Below, piece after piece: positions 47,973 through 56,200 of a stretch of DNA of 64,000 nucleotides. Both the position numbers and the translations under genes were made by a program. How positions within the stretch are numbered: position 1 is the first letter of the stretch; every line of letters begins with the position of its first letter. Under the pieces are notes generated by a model that saw nothing but the letters and a program-made list of their open reading frames with translations, did not search any database and was not told where the DNA came from. Location of the stretch: assembly GCA_965649295.1 (NCBI GenBank), contig CBFGKH010000005.1, positions 96,001-160,000 on the forward strand, in the 5' to 3' direction. Source of the stretch: a candidate division WOR-3 bacterium (GTDB lineage Bacteria > Hydrothermota > Tepidihabitantia > Tepidihabitantales > Tepidihabitantaceae).

Positions 47973-48122
47973 CCGCTAAGGAGTAGAATATGAGCGTAAG
48001 CGAGTGCTGGCTAGGGGGCCGGCACGGCGCGTTTGTCTGAGTAACTGACTGGCGCCAGACAATAGGGGCGGTCGCTGGTCAGGTTTAGGTAGCAGTGGGG
48101 TTGGGAACTGGTGAGGTGAGGG

Positions 48123-48656
48123 ATGAGCGATGCAGAACTGGTGGAGGGAATCCGAGCTGGTCGGATTGACTATGCGGTGCTCGTGAAGCGCTACGAAGGG
48201 ACGGTACGCGGCTGGCTTTGGCCGCTGCTCCGTAGTTCGGCAGATGTGGATGAGGTCTGTCAGTGCGTGTTCATTCGCTCGTGGCTGCGGCTGGAGCGGT
48301 TCAATCCCGAGGCCGGCCTGAGCACCTGGCTGCGGCGACTGACAGAGCGGTTGGCCTTCAGTTTCCTGCGCCGTCGGCAGCGGCAGCCACTCGGACTGGA
48401 CCAGCTAGCCGAAGCCGACCTGCCAGCGCAGGAAGGGCCAGCCGAGCAGGTCGAGCGCAGCATCACGGCGCAACGGCTTTGGCAACTGGTGAGCGAACTG
48501 CCCGAGCTTGAGCAGGAGACACTGCTTGACCGATTTCTCTTGGGGAGGACCTGGGTTGAGACCGGTCGGGACGTCGGCCGGAGCGAGCGGCAGGCGCGGT
48601 ACTATGCTGCCCATGCCTTGGCTACGTTGCGCGAGCGGTTGATGAAAACAGGCTGA
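48123..48656 (+). CDS. ECF (group IV) RNA polymerase sigma factor
   Basis: SDAELV, region 2 DVDEVCQ-VFIR-W, STWL, region 4 HTH ELP...G-T..E-G..VG-SE; no region 3. Confidence 0.85.
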   Translation: MSDAELVEGIRAGRIDYAVLVKRYEGTVRGWLWPLLRSSADVDEVCQCVFIRSWLRLERFNPEAGLSTWLRRLTERLAFSFLRRRQRQPLGLDQLAEADLPAQEGPAEQVERSITAQRLWQLVSELPELEQETLLDRFLLGRTWVETGRDVGRSERQARYYAAHALATLRERLMKTG

Positions 48657-48672
48657 TGCGAGCAGGACTGAG

Positions 48673-48705
48673 ACCGGGCCTGGCCGAGCGTCGGGCCCGG
48701 TTTTT
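48673..48705 (+). terminator. Intrinsic terminator after the ECF sigma gene
   Basis: ACCGGGCC...GGGCCCGG followed by TTTTT. Confidence 0.6.
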
Positions 48706-48741
48706 GCCAGGTTGGGCGCCGGCGAGCGTATGTAGGGTGAG
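48704..48741 (+). promoter_or_regulatory. Putative ECF-sigma promoter, copy 2
   Basis: TTGCC-N14-CGAGCGTATGTA-NN-GTGAG, upstream of paralog 4. Confidence 0.65.
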
Positions 48742-48784
48742 TGTTCGTGGATAACTCTCAACAACACGGAAGGGGGTGAGAGCA

Positions 48785-49162
48785 ATGCCGATCGATCCAA
48801 CGCGACGGGTCGAGAACTGGGACTACGGCTTCGATACAGCCGCGGTCAAGACCAAGGTTGATAAGAAGCGTCCCAGAATGCTGGCGCGGGTGCAGAGCCA
48901 GTTCCCGGCGCTGACAACGATGGAGGACGAGGTGAAGCAGGTGCTCGACGGGCTTGGCCTGCCGGTCATCCAGTACCCGTTCTACCTCAGCTATGGCCGT
49001 GAACTGTGGCGCATCACGCACGAGCGCAACATGTCGGGCGAGTCGGCCGCGATTGAGGCCGACATTCTGCTCAACAAGTGGGTTGCGCGCGGCCTGGTGC
49101 GCTCAGCACTGGAGAAGATCCGCAAGGATGTCTTCAACATCAGTGCGCCGGTGACTCCGTGA
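48785..49162 (+). CDS. Helical paralog 4 (full-length SIRV2/Adnaviria-MCP-like, putative)
   Basis: GGGGGTG RBS; RRVENW...F...EVKQVLDGLGLP..QYPFYLSYGRELWR...SG...KWVARGL.RSALEKIRKDVF. Confidence 0.75.
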   Translation: MPIDPTRRVENWDYGFDTAAVKTKVDKKRPRMLARVQSQFPALTTMEDEVKQVLDGLGLPVIQYPFYLSYGRELWRITHERNMSGESAAIEADILLNKWVARGLVRSALEKIRKDVFNISAPVTP

Positions 49163-49176
49163 GCGCAGCAAAGCCG

Positions 49177-49204
49177 GCCGGAGGCAGGCCTTCCTGCCTC
49201 CGGC
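49177..49204. terminator. Terminator hairpin between convergent genes
   Basis: Perfect 12-bp stem GCCGGAGGCAGG-cctt-CCTGCCTCCGGC. Confidence 0.7.
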
Positions 49205-50025
49205 TACTCTTTTAGCCCGGCGCGGGCCTGAGACTGGACAATTTGCTTCTGGGCAGCGAAGAAGAGCAGGACCAAAGGAATGATGGCCATGGTCGTTGCC
49301 GCCATCAGCAGGGTGTAGTTGGTGCTCTGTTCGCGGGAGAAGTAGGCAAGCCCGACCTGGAGCGGTCGAATCCGGTCCGAATTGGTGACAATCAGCGGCC
49401 AGAAGAATGAGTTCCAGGAACTGATGATGTTGAAAACGGTGATGGTGACAAGCGGGGCACGGCAGAGCGGAAGGACAATCCGGACCAGCACCCAGAAGTC
49501 AGAGCAGCCGTCAATGCGGGCTGCATCGAACAGGTCATTAGGTAGCTGCTTTATGTGCTGGCGCAACAAGAAGATGGCAAAGATATTTACAATCCATGGA
49601 ACTATCATTGCCGCATAAGTGTCAATCCAGCCGAGCCGGAATAGGATGGTATAGGACGGAACAAGATAGACCGGCAGCGGAATCATCATCAAGGCGAGAA
49701 AGCCCATAAAGAGCACCTCGCGGCCCGGGAACCGGAACAGAGCAAAGGCGTAGGCAGCGAGCAAACCGGTGATGAGTACGCCGGTGAGGCTGGCAAAGGC
49801 GACAAAGACAGTATTGAGCAAGTAGCGCCAGAGTGGTATCTGGCGGAACACCTCAAGGTAGTTGCTAAACTGGGGTGATGCCGGCCACCAGGTCGGTGGA
49901 AACTGGAGCGCTTCGATCGGGGTCTTGAGCGAGGTCGAGACCATCCAGTAGAAGGGCAGGACCATGGCCACGCCGCCAACGATGAGCAGCAGGTGGATGG
50001 GGATGTTGCGAGTGCGTATGGTCAT
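49204..50025 (-). CDS. Carbohydrate ABC transporter permease (MalG/UgpE-like)
   Basis: DAARIDG EAA loop, WNSFFWP, six TMs. Confidence 0.92.
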   Translation of the reverse strand: MTIRTRNIPIHLLLIVGGVAMVLPFYWMVSTSLKTPIEALQFPPTWWPASPQFSNYLEVFRQIPLWRYLLNTVFVAFASLTGVLITGLLAAYAFALFRFPGREVLFMGFLALMMIPLPVYLVPSYTILFRLGWIDTYAAMIVPWIVNIFAIFLLRQHIKQLPNDLFDAARIDGCSDFWVLVRIVLPLCRAPLVTITVFNIISSWNSFFWPLIVTNSDRIRPLQVGLAYFSREQSTNYTLLMAATTMAIIPLVLLFFAAQKQIVQSQARAGLKE

Positions 50026-50043
50026 GGGCAGCAGGGATTACTC

Positions 50044-50991
50044 TTAGCCATACTGTACCCGTCGTTCGAGAACGACACGTTGGAGGATGGTAAGCCCGAG
50101 GATGATGACGAAGGCGATAAAGGCAATCGAAGCGCCGTACCCAAGCCGCCAGAGTTCGAAAGAGTTCTCGTAGAAGTAATACATCACGACCTTGGTGGTT
50201 GAGAGCGGGCCACCGGCTGGCGGACCGGTCATAATCCAGACTTGGGCAAAGGTCTCAAAGGCCGCGATGCAGCTCATGATTAGGACATAATAGGTGGTCG
50301 GTGATATCAGCGGCCAGGTGATATGGCGGAACATGGCCAGCCGGCCAGCGCCGTCAATCCGGGCTGCCTCGTAATAGGTTTTGGGGATGTTTTGCAGTCC
50401 GGCGAGAAAGATGACAACGTTGTAGCCGATTGACTTCCAGATGCCCATCATGACGAGGGAGAGGAGTGCAACCGACGGGCCGCGCAACGCCTCGGGTAGG
50501 TTGACCCTGGCGCCAACGATTAGCTGGAACAGACCGCGTGGGTCCTGGAGCCAGCGCAGGCCGTCAAGGCCAACGAGCGAGAGCAGGTAGTTGAGCAGAC
50601 CGCGGTCCGGCTGCAGAATCCAGCGCCAGACAACCGAGACTGCGACGATTGAGGTGACAACCGGCAGGTAGTAGATGGTGCGATAGATGCCAAGGCCACG
50701 AATCCGCTGGTTGAGCAGAATGGCGATGAAGAGCGAGATGAGCAGGGTGCAGGGTACTTCAAAAATGATGTACCAGCCGGTGTTGAGCAGTGACTTCCAG
50801 AAAACCGGGTCGCGCAGCACCGCGCCATAATTGGCCAAGCCGAGGAACTGGCGGGCACCGGCCATGCCCCAGTCGTAGAGGCTCATCCGCACCGAAAGGA
50901 TGATCGGGACTACACGAAAGGTGAGCAGGATGACCAGGGCTGGTGCCAGATAGGCCCAGGCCGAGAGGGTCTGTCGCGTCTTGCGGGTCAT
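50044..50991 (-). CDS. Carbohydrate ABC transporter permease (MalF/UgpA-like)
   Basis: GL-NY, AGLQNIP..YYEAARIDGA. Confidence 0.92.
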   Translation of the reverse strand: MTRKTRQTLSAWAYLAPALVILLTFRVVPIILSVRMSLYDWGMAGARQFLGLANYGAVLRDPVFWKSLLNTGWYIIFEVPCTLLISLFIAILLNQRIRGLGIYRTIYYLPVVTSIVAVSVVWRWILQPDRGLLNYLLSLVGLDGLRWLQDPRGLFQLIVGARVNLPEALRGPSVALLSLVMMGIWKSIGYNVVIFLAGLQNIPKTYYEAARIDGAGRLAMFRHITWPLISPTTYYVLIMSCIAAFETFAQVWIMTGPPAGGPLSTTKVVMYYFYENSFELWRLGYGASIAFIAFVIILGLTILQRVVLERRVQYG

Positions 50992-51455
50992 GAGCGGTTA
51001 GCAAACACGGTACGGATGGCAGAAGCGGCAGCCTCAGCCTGTTGGCGCGGGACAACGAAGGCGGTTGCGCCACTGCCGGCCGGTGATACCAGCAGCAGCG
51101 AACAGGCCTGGCTGACGGCCCTGATAACGGTTGGGAGGAGCTCAGTACGTGTTTGCACCGAATCCCAAGGCAGCAGTAGCAGGGCTACATCAGTGTCAAC
51201 AGCAATGCCTGATGCCTGATACTCAGCCAGATGGCTTTCGAGGTGGCCGACGACCAGGTCCAGACCACTAGTCGGATAGACGCTGACCAGGTCAAATGTC
51301 GGTTCAGACTGATGGGCGGTGAGGCTTGGTTCGCAGAGCGGGCCCAGCCGACCAATATCGGTTAGTAGTGCCGACTTCTTGTCGGCCCGGTTCGAGGCTG
51401 AACGAACGGTGATGAGCGCAACATCACGGCGGAGCTCAATGAGCGGACTCATCAC
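50988..51455 (-). CDS. Hypothetical protein, possibly tandem ACT-like domain
   Basis: Alternating beta/alpha pattern like an aspartokinase regulatory C-terminus; translationally coupled to the permease. Confidence 0.45.
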   Translation of the reverse strand: MMSPLIELRRDVALITVRSASNRADKKSALLTDIGRLGPLCEPSLTAHQSEPTFDLVSVYPTSGLDLVVGHLESHLAEYQASGIAVDTDVALLLLPWDSVQTRTELLPTVIRAVSQACSLLLVSPAGSGATAFVVPRQQAEAAASAIRTVFANRS

Positions 51456-51532
51456 GGTTGGCCGAGTATAGCGAGCAGCAGCGACCAGTCAAACGCTTCT
51501 TGACCCGCAGAGGCGAAGACCTAGAATCTGGC

Positions 51533-52624
51533 GTGCGCACCGGCGTTGCATCGCTGCCACTGCATTGGGGTACAGCGCCGCGCTGGCTGTTTGAACGGAT
51601 GGTGCGGCTGTGCCGGGCAGTGACCGAAGTGATTGTTGCCGAGTTCGGGCCGGATGAACTGCTGCGGCGGGTAAGTGACCCAGTCTGGTTTCAGAGCCTT
51701 GGTTGTGTGCTCGGTTTTGACTGGCACTCTTCGGGCGTGACAACCACGGTCTGCGGTGCTCTGAAGGAAGCGGTCAAGGACAGCGAGGCCGAGCTCGGAC
51801 TCTTTGTCTGTGGCGGCAAAGGTGGAGCCTCGCGCCGGACGCCGATTGAACTGGGTCACCAGGCTGAGAGGTTTGGCCTGGATGGTGACGCGCTGGTGCG
51901 GGCAAGCCGACTTAGCGCCAAGGTAGATTCGGCCGCATTGCAAGACGGGTACGAGCTCTATCATCACGTCTTTATCGGCACGACCCGTGGCCGTTGGGCA
52001 GTTGTCCAGCAAGGCATGAATACCATAACCCGGCTGGCCCGACGCTACCACTGGCTGGCCGAAGGATTGGAGGACTTTACCTGCGAGCCGCACCAGGCAA
52101 TTGCCTGTAACAGCCGGGGCACGGTCCTCAACACAGTCGCTGCCGAGGCTGCGGAACTACGAACTGCTACGGTGACCATCGCCCAAGCTCGACCCGAGGT
52201 GACGGTGCGTGAGTATAGTCGTGTACGCGCCATCGAAATGCCGCAGCAGCATCCGCTGACACTAGCTGACGTAAGGCCGGCTCATCTTGCCAAGGTGTTG
52301 GTCTCCACCTACGAACACCCGCCAGCCGATTTTGCTGACCTACTGTTGCGGCCGGGAGTGGGCCCGAAGACGATCCGTGCCCTGGCACTGGTTGCTGAAG
52401 TGAGCTACGGAGCGAGGCTCAGCTTTCGTGACCCGGTCACCTACTCCTTTGCTTTGGGTGGTAAGGACGGTTGGCCCTATCCGGTGAACCGGCAGGTCTA
52501 TGACCAGACGACCGCACTGCTGGAGCGAGCAGTACGACAGGCTAGGCTCGGTCGCGCCGAAAGTCTGGCAGCGCTGCGCCGGCTCGAGCAGTGGTCAGCA
52601 CTAGTCGGGCGGGTAGCATCGTGA
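51533..52624 (+). CDS. DUF763 family protein
   Basis: [58 protein letters not shown]. Confidence 0.88.
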   Translation: MRTGVASLPLHWGTAPRWLFERMVRLCRAVTEVIVAEFGPDELLRRVSDPVWFQSLGCVLGFDWHSSGVTTTVCGALKEAVKDSEAELGLFVCGGKGGASRRTPIELGHQAERFGLDGDALVRASRLSAKVDSAALQDGYELYHHVFIGTTRGRWAVVQQGMNTITRLARRYHWLAEGLEDFTCEPHQAIACNSRGTVLNTVAAEAAELRTATVTIAQARPEVTVREYSRVRAIEMPQQHPLTLADVRPAHLAKVLVSTYEHPPADFADLLLRPGVGPKTIRALALVAEVSYGARLSFRDPVTYSFALGGKDGWPYPVNRQVYDQTTALLERAVRQARLGRAESLAALRRLEQWSALVGRVAS

Positions 52625-53568
52625 AATCAGACCGACGACGCTTCCCACCCGAGTTCATCCGTCGCTACGAGCAGATTGTTCCCGACTTTGCTGAGTTTCT
52701 GGCCGCGATGCAGGCACCTTTGCTGCGCACCGCCCGCGTCAATCTGCTCAAGGCTGAGCCAGAACAGGTCTTCACTTTGCTTGCCGACCTTGGCCCTAGA
52801 CCCCTGCCGTGGTATCCGCACGGGTTCACAGTCGAGCAGGGCGAGAAGCTGGGCCGGCGCATCGAGCATTTCATCGGTCTCATCTACGTTCAGGAAGCAG
52901 CTTCAATGGTGCCGCCATTGATTCTTGCTCCAGAGCCAGGAGAACGCGTCCTGGACCTGGCAGCAGCGCCCGGTTCTAAAACGACGCAGATGGCCGGAAT
53001 GATGCGCAATACTGGACTCTTGATTGCCAATGATTCGTCACCGGTGCGGGTGCGAGCGTTGATTGGTAATGTCGATCGCGCCGGCTGCCTCAATACTGTC
53101 ATCTGCCGTCAGGATGGCAGCGTGCTCGGCCGCGCCCTCAGTAATAGCTGTGACCGGGTACTGGTTGACGCCCCCTGCTCGTCAGAGGGTACGATTCGCA
53201 AGTCGGCCCAGGCCCTTGACTCGTGGAGTCCAAAGCAGTTTGAGGGGTTTGCGCGGGCCCAGCGGCGGCTGCTCGTCGCGGGGTTTACGGCACTCCGACC
53301 CGGCGGTCTCTTGGTCTATTCGACCTGCACCATTGCGCCTGAGGAGAATGAAGGGGTTATTGCCTGGTTCCTTGATCACCAGCCAGCAGCCGAGCTGCTT
53401 GATATTGAGCTGCCTGGACTGGTGATGCGCCCGGGCATCAGTGCCTGGCTTGGAGTTGAGTATCAACCAGCGGTCCAACGTTGCCGTCGAATTCTACCAC
53501 AGGATAACGATACCGAGCCGTTCTTTTTGGCGCTGATTCGGAAGCGAGCCGATGCGTCAGCTAGCTGA
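52621..53568 (+). CDS. RsmB/RsmF/NOL1 family RNA m5C methyltransferase
   Basis: [33 protein letters not shown]. Confidence 0.92.
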   Translation: MKSDRRRFPPEFIRRYEQIVPDFAEFLAAMQAPLLRTARVNLLKAEPEQVFTLLADLGPRPLPWYPHGFTVEQGEKLGRRIEHFIGLIYVQEAASMVPPLILAPEPGERVLDLAAAPGSKTTQMAGMMRNTGLLIANDSSPVRVRALIGNVDRAGCLNTVICRQDGSVLGRALSNSCDRVLVDAPCSSEGTIRKSAQALDSWSPKQFEGFARAQRRLLVAGFTALRPGGLLVYSTCTIAPEENEGVIAWFLDHQPAAELLDIELPGLVMRPGISAWLGVEYQPAVQRCRRILPQDNDTEPFFLALIRKRADASAS

Positions 53569-53962
53569 GATTGCTCGTCGGTTCGGTATCCCGGAATCGG
53601 CACTGGCCGGACTGCGCTGTATCAGTGAGCAGGAGACAATTTTTATTGGCACCGTTGACGCTATGAATTTCGCGGCAGTGCGACCGATGCGGCGCGGACT
53701 GCGCCTCTGCCGGGTGTTTCCCCATTCAATCAAGCCGACAACGTTCGCCATGCAGGTGATTGGCCGCCAGGCCACTCGCAACATTATTGACGTGACAGGT
53801 GAGCAGGCCAGTCTGCTCATCAACGGTGGTGAGCTCCGGCTGGATGCTGCAGTCGAGAACGGATTCGTGCTGCTACGCTGGCAGGGTTTCATAATCGGCG
53901 TCGGTCACTATCGGCGGCCACTGCTGCGCTCGCAGATTCCCCGCATCAGGCCCGTGGACTAG
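53552..53962 (+). CDS. RsmF C-terminal/NIP7-like PUA-type accessory protein
   Basis: GLRL...KPTT-A-Q..G..AT-N-ID...G.....GFV-L...G..IGVG; coupled to the methyltransferase. Confidence 0.65.
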   Translation: MRQLAEIARRFGIPESALAGLRCISEQETIFIGTVDAMNFAAVRPMRRGLRLCRVFPHSIKPTTFAMQVIGRQATRNIIDVTGEQASLLINGGELRLDAAVENGFVLLRWQGFIIGVGHYRRPLLRSQIPRIRPVD

Positions 53963-54573
53963 CTTTCATCGAGCCAGCCCTGTCGCCGCAGTAGTTCATA
54001 AAGAACAATTGCCGCGGCCGTCGCAACATTGATTGAGTTCTTATAACCGGCGACTGGGATTTCGATCACTCCAGCGCAGGCAGCCAGCACCGCCGGCTCA
54101 ACACCCAGTGCCTCGTTGCCAAAGACTAGGCCGACCGGCAGGTGGTAGTCGAAGCGGTGAAAAGGTGTTGCCGGGCTGGCAGTCTCGACTGCCAAGACTT
54201 GAACGCCCGACTGATGTAGCTGTCGAACCGCATCCAGCGTCTGTGGGCAGTGATGCCAGGGCACTGACCGGTGGGTACCCAGTGAGGTCTGTTCTAGTTT
54301 GGGATGAGGCGGATGAGCCGTGTAGCCGCAGGTGATAACCGCGGCGGCGCGGGCGGCATCAGCCAGGCGAAAGATGGCGCCAACATTGAACGCACTACGC
54401 AGATTGTCGAGGACAAGATAGACTGGCCGACGCGGCAAACAGCGAAACTCTTCCGGCGAAAGGGTTGAATCTCGGCTGCGGACTTCGTAGTGAGTCTCAA
54501 TGCCGTCCGGGGCATGCCAGCCCTGAAGTGAGCGGCCTGGCCGCCGCCGTAGCGGTGGCAGGTTTTGGTTCAT
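53959..54573 (-). CDS. SpoU/TrmH family RNA methyltransferase
   Basis: LDNLRS-FNVGAIFR, FGNE..G, IP..G-K-S-NVA-A. Confidence 0.9.
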   Translation of the reverse strand: MNQNLPPLRRRPGRSLQGWHAPDGIETHYEVRSRDSTLSPEEFRCLPRRPVYLVLDNLRSAFNVGAIFRLADAARAAAVITCGYTAHPPHPKLEQTSLGTHRSVPWHHCPQTLDAVRQLHQSGVQVLAVETASPATPFHRFDYHLPVGLVFGNEALGVEPAVLAACAGVIEIPVAGYKNSINVATAAAIVLYELLRRQGWLDES

Positions 54574-55346
54574 CGCTGGGTAGTGCTAAATACCATAATT
54601 CTCTTTAGCGAATCTAGACCCCGAACACTTGCTCGTACCAGGCCCTGATATAGCGCAATCATTGCTGCCTTATCGGTAAGCTCAACTAGGTCAAGGGCGG
54701 CTGACAATGTTGGACCGCTGGCGATGATTCCATGTCCAGGCCAAATCACTCCGGCATAGCGGCGTAGAGCAGCGCCGGTCAGCTCTGCTAGCTGAGCTGA
54801 ACCGGGTGGTGCGAACCTCAGCGCAGTTATGCGATTGCGTAGTAAGGTTGGTCCCTCGGAGTGCATCCGGCTGAGCAAAGCTGGCAGTCGGCGATAAGGA
54901 ATCAGCAGACTGAGCGCGACCGTCGCTGTTGGATGGAGGTGCAGCAGGACTCGATCCTCAGGCCGGCAGCCAATGAGGGTTCTCTGGCCAGCCAGATGGG
55001 CTAAATACTCGCTTGTGGGTCTGGCTGTCGGTGGCCAAATAGTAAGCTCAGTACCGGTAGTGCTGACACGGACAAGACAGATTCCTGGCACCGGTCGCCG
55101 TCTAATGTCACGCATTCTTGCACCGGTTTGTTTGAGCAGCAACGAGCAGCCAGCCAGTTCAGGATAGGGAAGAGGCAACGGTAATGAGCGGGCAGTAGCA
55201 GTCGAGATATCTGCTGACAATCGAATGGAGAAGTTGCCAGCTCCAGCTTCAGCCCAACCGCGTTCAGTTGCGAGGGTCGCGATTTCGGCTAACTCTTTGA
55301 ACGTAGCTGCGGCAATCCGCTGCAACCGGTGAGCGAGTTTGGCCAC
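54570..55346 (-). CDS. Class II aldolase (rhamnulose-1-phosphate aldolase-like)
   Basis: GW-E...GN-S-R, PTSE..AH, HLHP, PGS..LA, W..HG. Confidence 0.8.
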   Translation of the reverse strand: MAKLAHRLQRIAAATFKELAEIATLATERGWAEAGAGNFSIRLSADISTATARSLPLPLPYPELAGCSLLLKQTGARMRDIRRRPVPGICLVRVSTTGTELTIWPPTARPTSEYLAHLAGQRTLIGCRPEDRVLLHLHPTATVALSLLIPYRRLPALLSRMHSEGPTLLRNRITALRFAPPGSAQLAELTGAALRRYAGVIWPGHGIIASGPTLSAALDLVELTDKAAMIALYQGLVRASVRGLDSLKRIMVFSTTQR

Positions 55347-55443
55347 GCTCGATAGTAGGCCAGTCGCCGCTCGATGTCAAAGTTAGTAGTAGCTTGACTT
55401 GACGGCCGCCAGTGTTACGATAGCCGGACGAAAGGAGTCACTC

Positions 55444-55698
55444 ATGCAGCAGTGGGAATACAAGTTCGTGCAGATTGACATCAACCTGAGCCCGATTCTG
55501 AAGCTTGCCAGATGGGGCGTTCAGGTGCCCGGTGAAAAGAAAGCGCGTGATACGATGGAAGGGGTCGAACGCTATGCTACTGAGCTAGGAGCTCAAGGAT
55601 GGGAACTGGCCGCAATCGTCTCTGGCAGTGAGCAGACCGGCATCATTACACGAGCAGTGATGTTCTTCAAGCGACCGGTGGTAGCCACCACCTCCTAG
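55444..55698 (+). CDS. DUF4177 family protein
   Basis: WEYKFV...LGAQGWEL...FKRP. Confidence 0.8.
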   Translation: MQQWEYKFVQIDINLSPILKLARWGVQVPGEKKARDTMEGVERYATELGAQGWELAAIVSGSEQTGIITRAVMFFKRPVVATTS

Positions 55699-55705
55699 AC
55701 TTCTT

Positions 55706-56197
55706 TTGCGTTACACCACACTCGATACGGTCGCGATTATTCTGCTCGCAGCGGTCGCTGGGATTCAATTCCTGCGAGCGCGGGCCAACGTTGCTCGGGT
55801 CTTTTATGAGACCGCATCTTTGGTCGGCGCCGCTTATGGTGCCAATCGGCTATATGGGAAAATCAGCGACCTGACTGGATGGTCGATCGCTGTCTCTTTT
55901 CTTGTTTGCTTCCTAGTGTTGGCTGTCGCCGGATTGGTGTTGGCGGCACTGCTGGCCGCCAGGCTGTACTTCGAACTCGGCATGTTCAGCTACCTGATTG
56001 GTCTGGCCTTGGCCTTCGTATCGGCCTATTCTTTTGGTCACGCAGCAATGCGTGTTTTCGAGTTTGGCTACGTCCGCGGTAATCCAGTCATGGTCGAAGC
56101 AATGATGCGATCGTGGGTCGCACGGGAGCTGCTTCATTTCCGTACCGCTGTTGAGGTCAGGGCCATCCTTCGCTTCGCCCGTTGGCGCAACCTCTAG
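55706..56197 (+). CDS. CvpA-like membrane protein
   Basis: Four hydrophobic helices with CvpA-like spacing. Confidence 0.5.
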   Translation: MRYTTLDTVAIILLAAVAGIQFLRARANVARVFYETASLVGAAYGANRLYGKISDLTGWSIAVSFLVCFLVLAVAGLVLAALLAARLYFELGMFSYLIGLALAFVSAYSFGHAAMRVFEFGYVRGNPVMVEAMMRSWVARELLHFRTAVEVRAILRFARWRNL

Positions 56198-56200
56198 CCG

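Noticed and set aside
46068..49204. Intact prophage or integrated element
   Set aside because: No integrase, Rep, terminase/ATPase, tRNA target or flanking direct repeats seen; the region is only ~3 kb.
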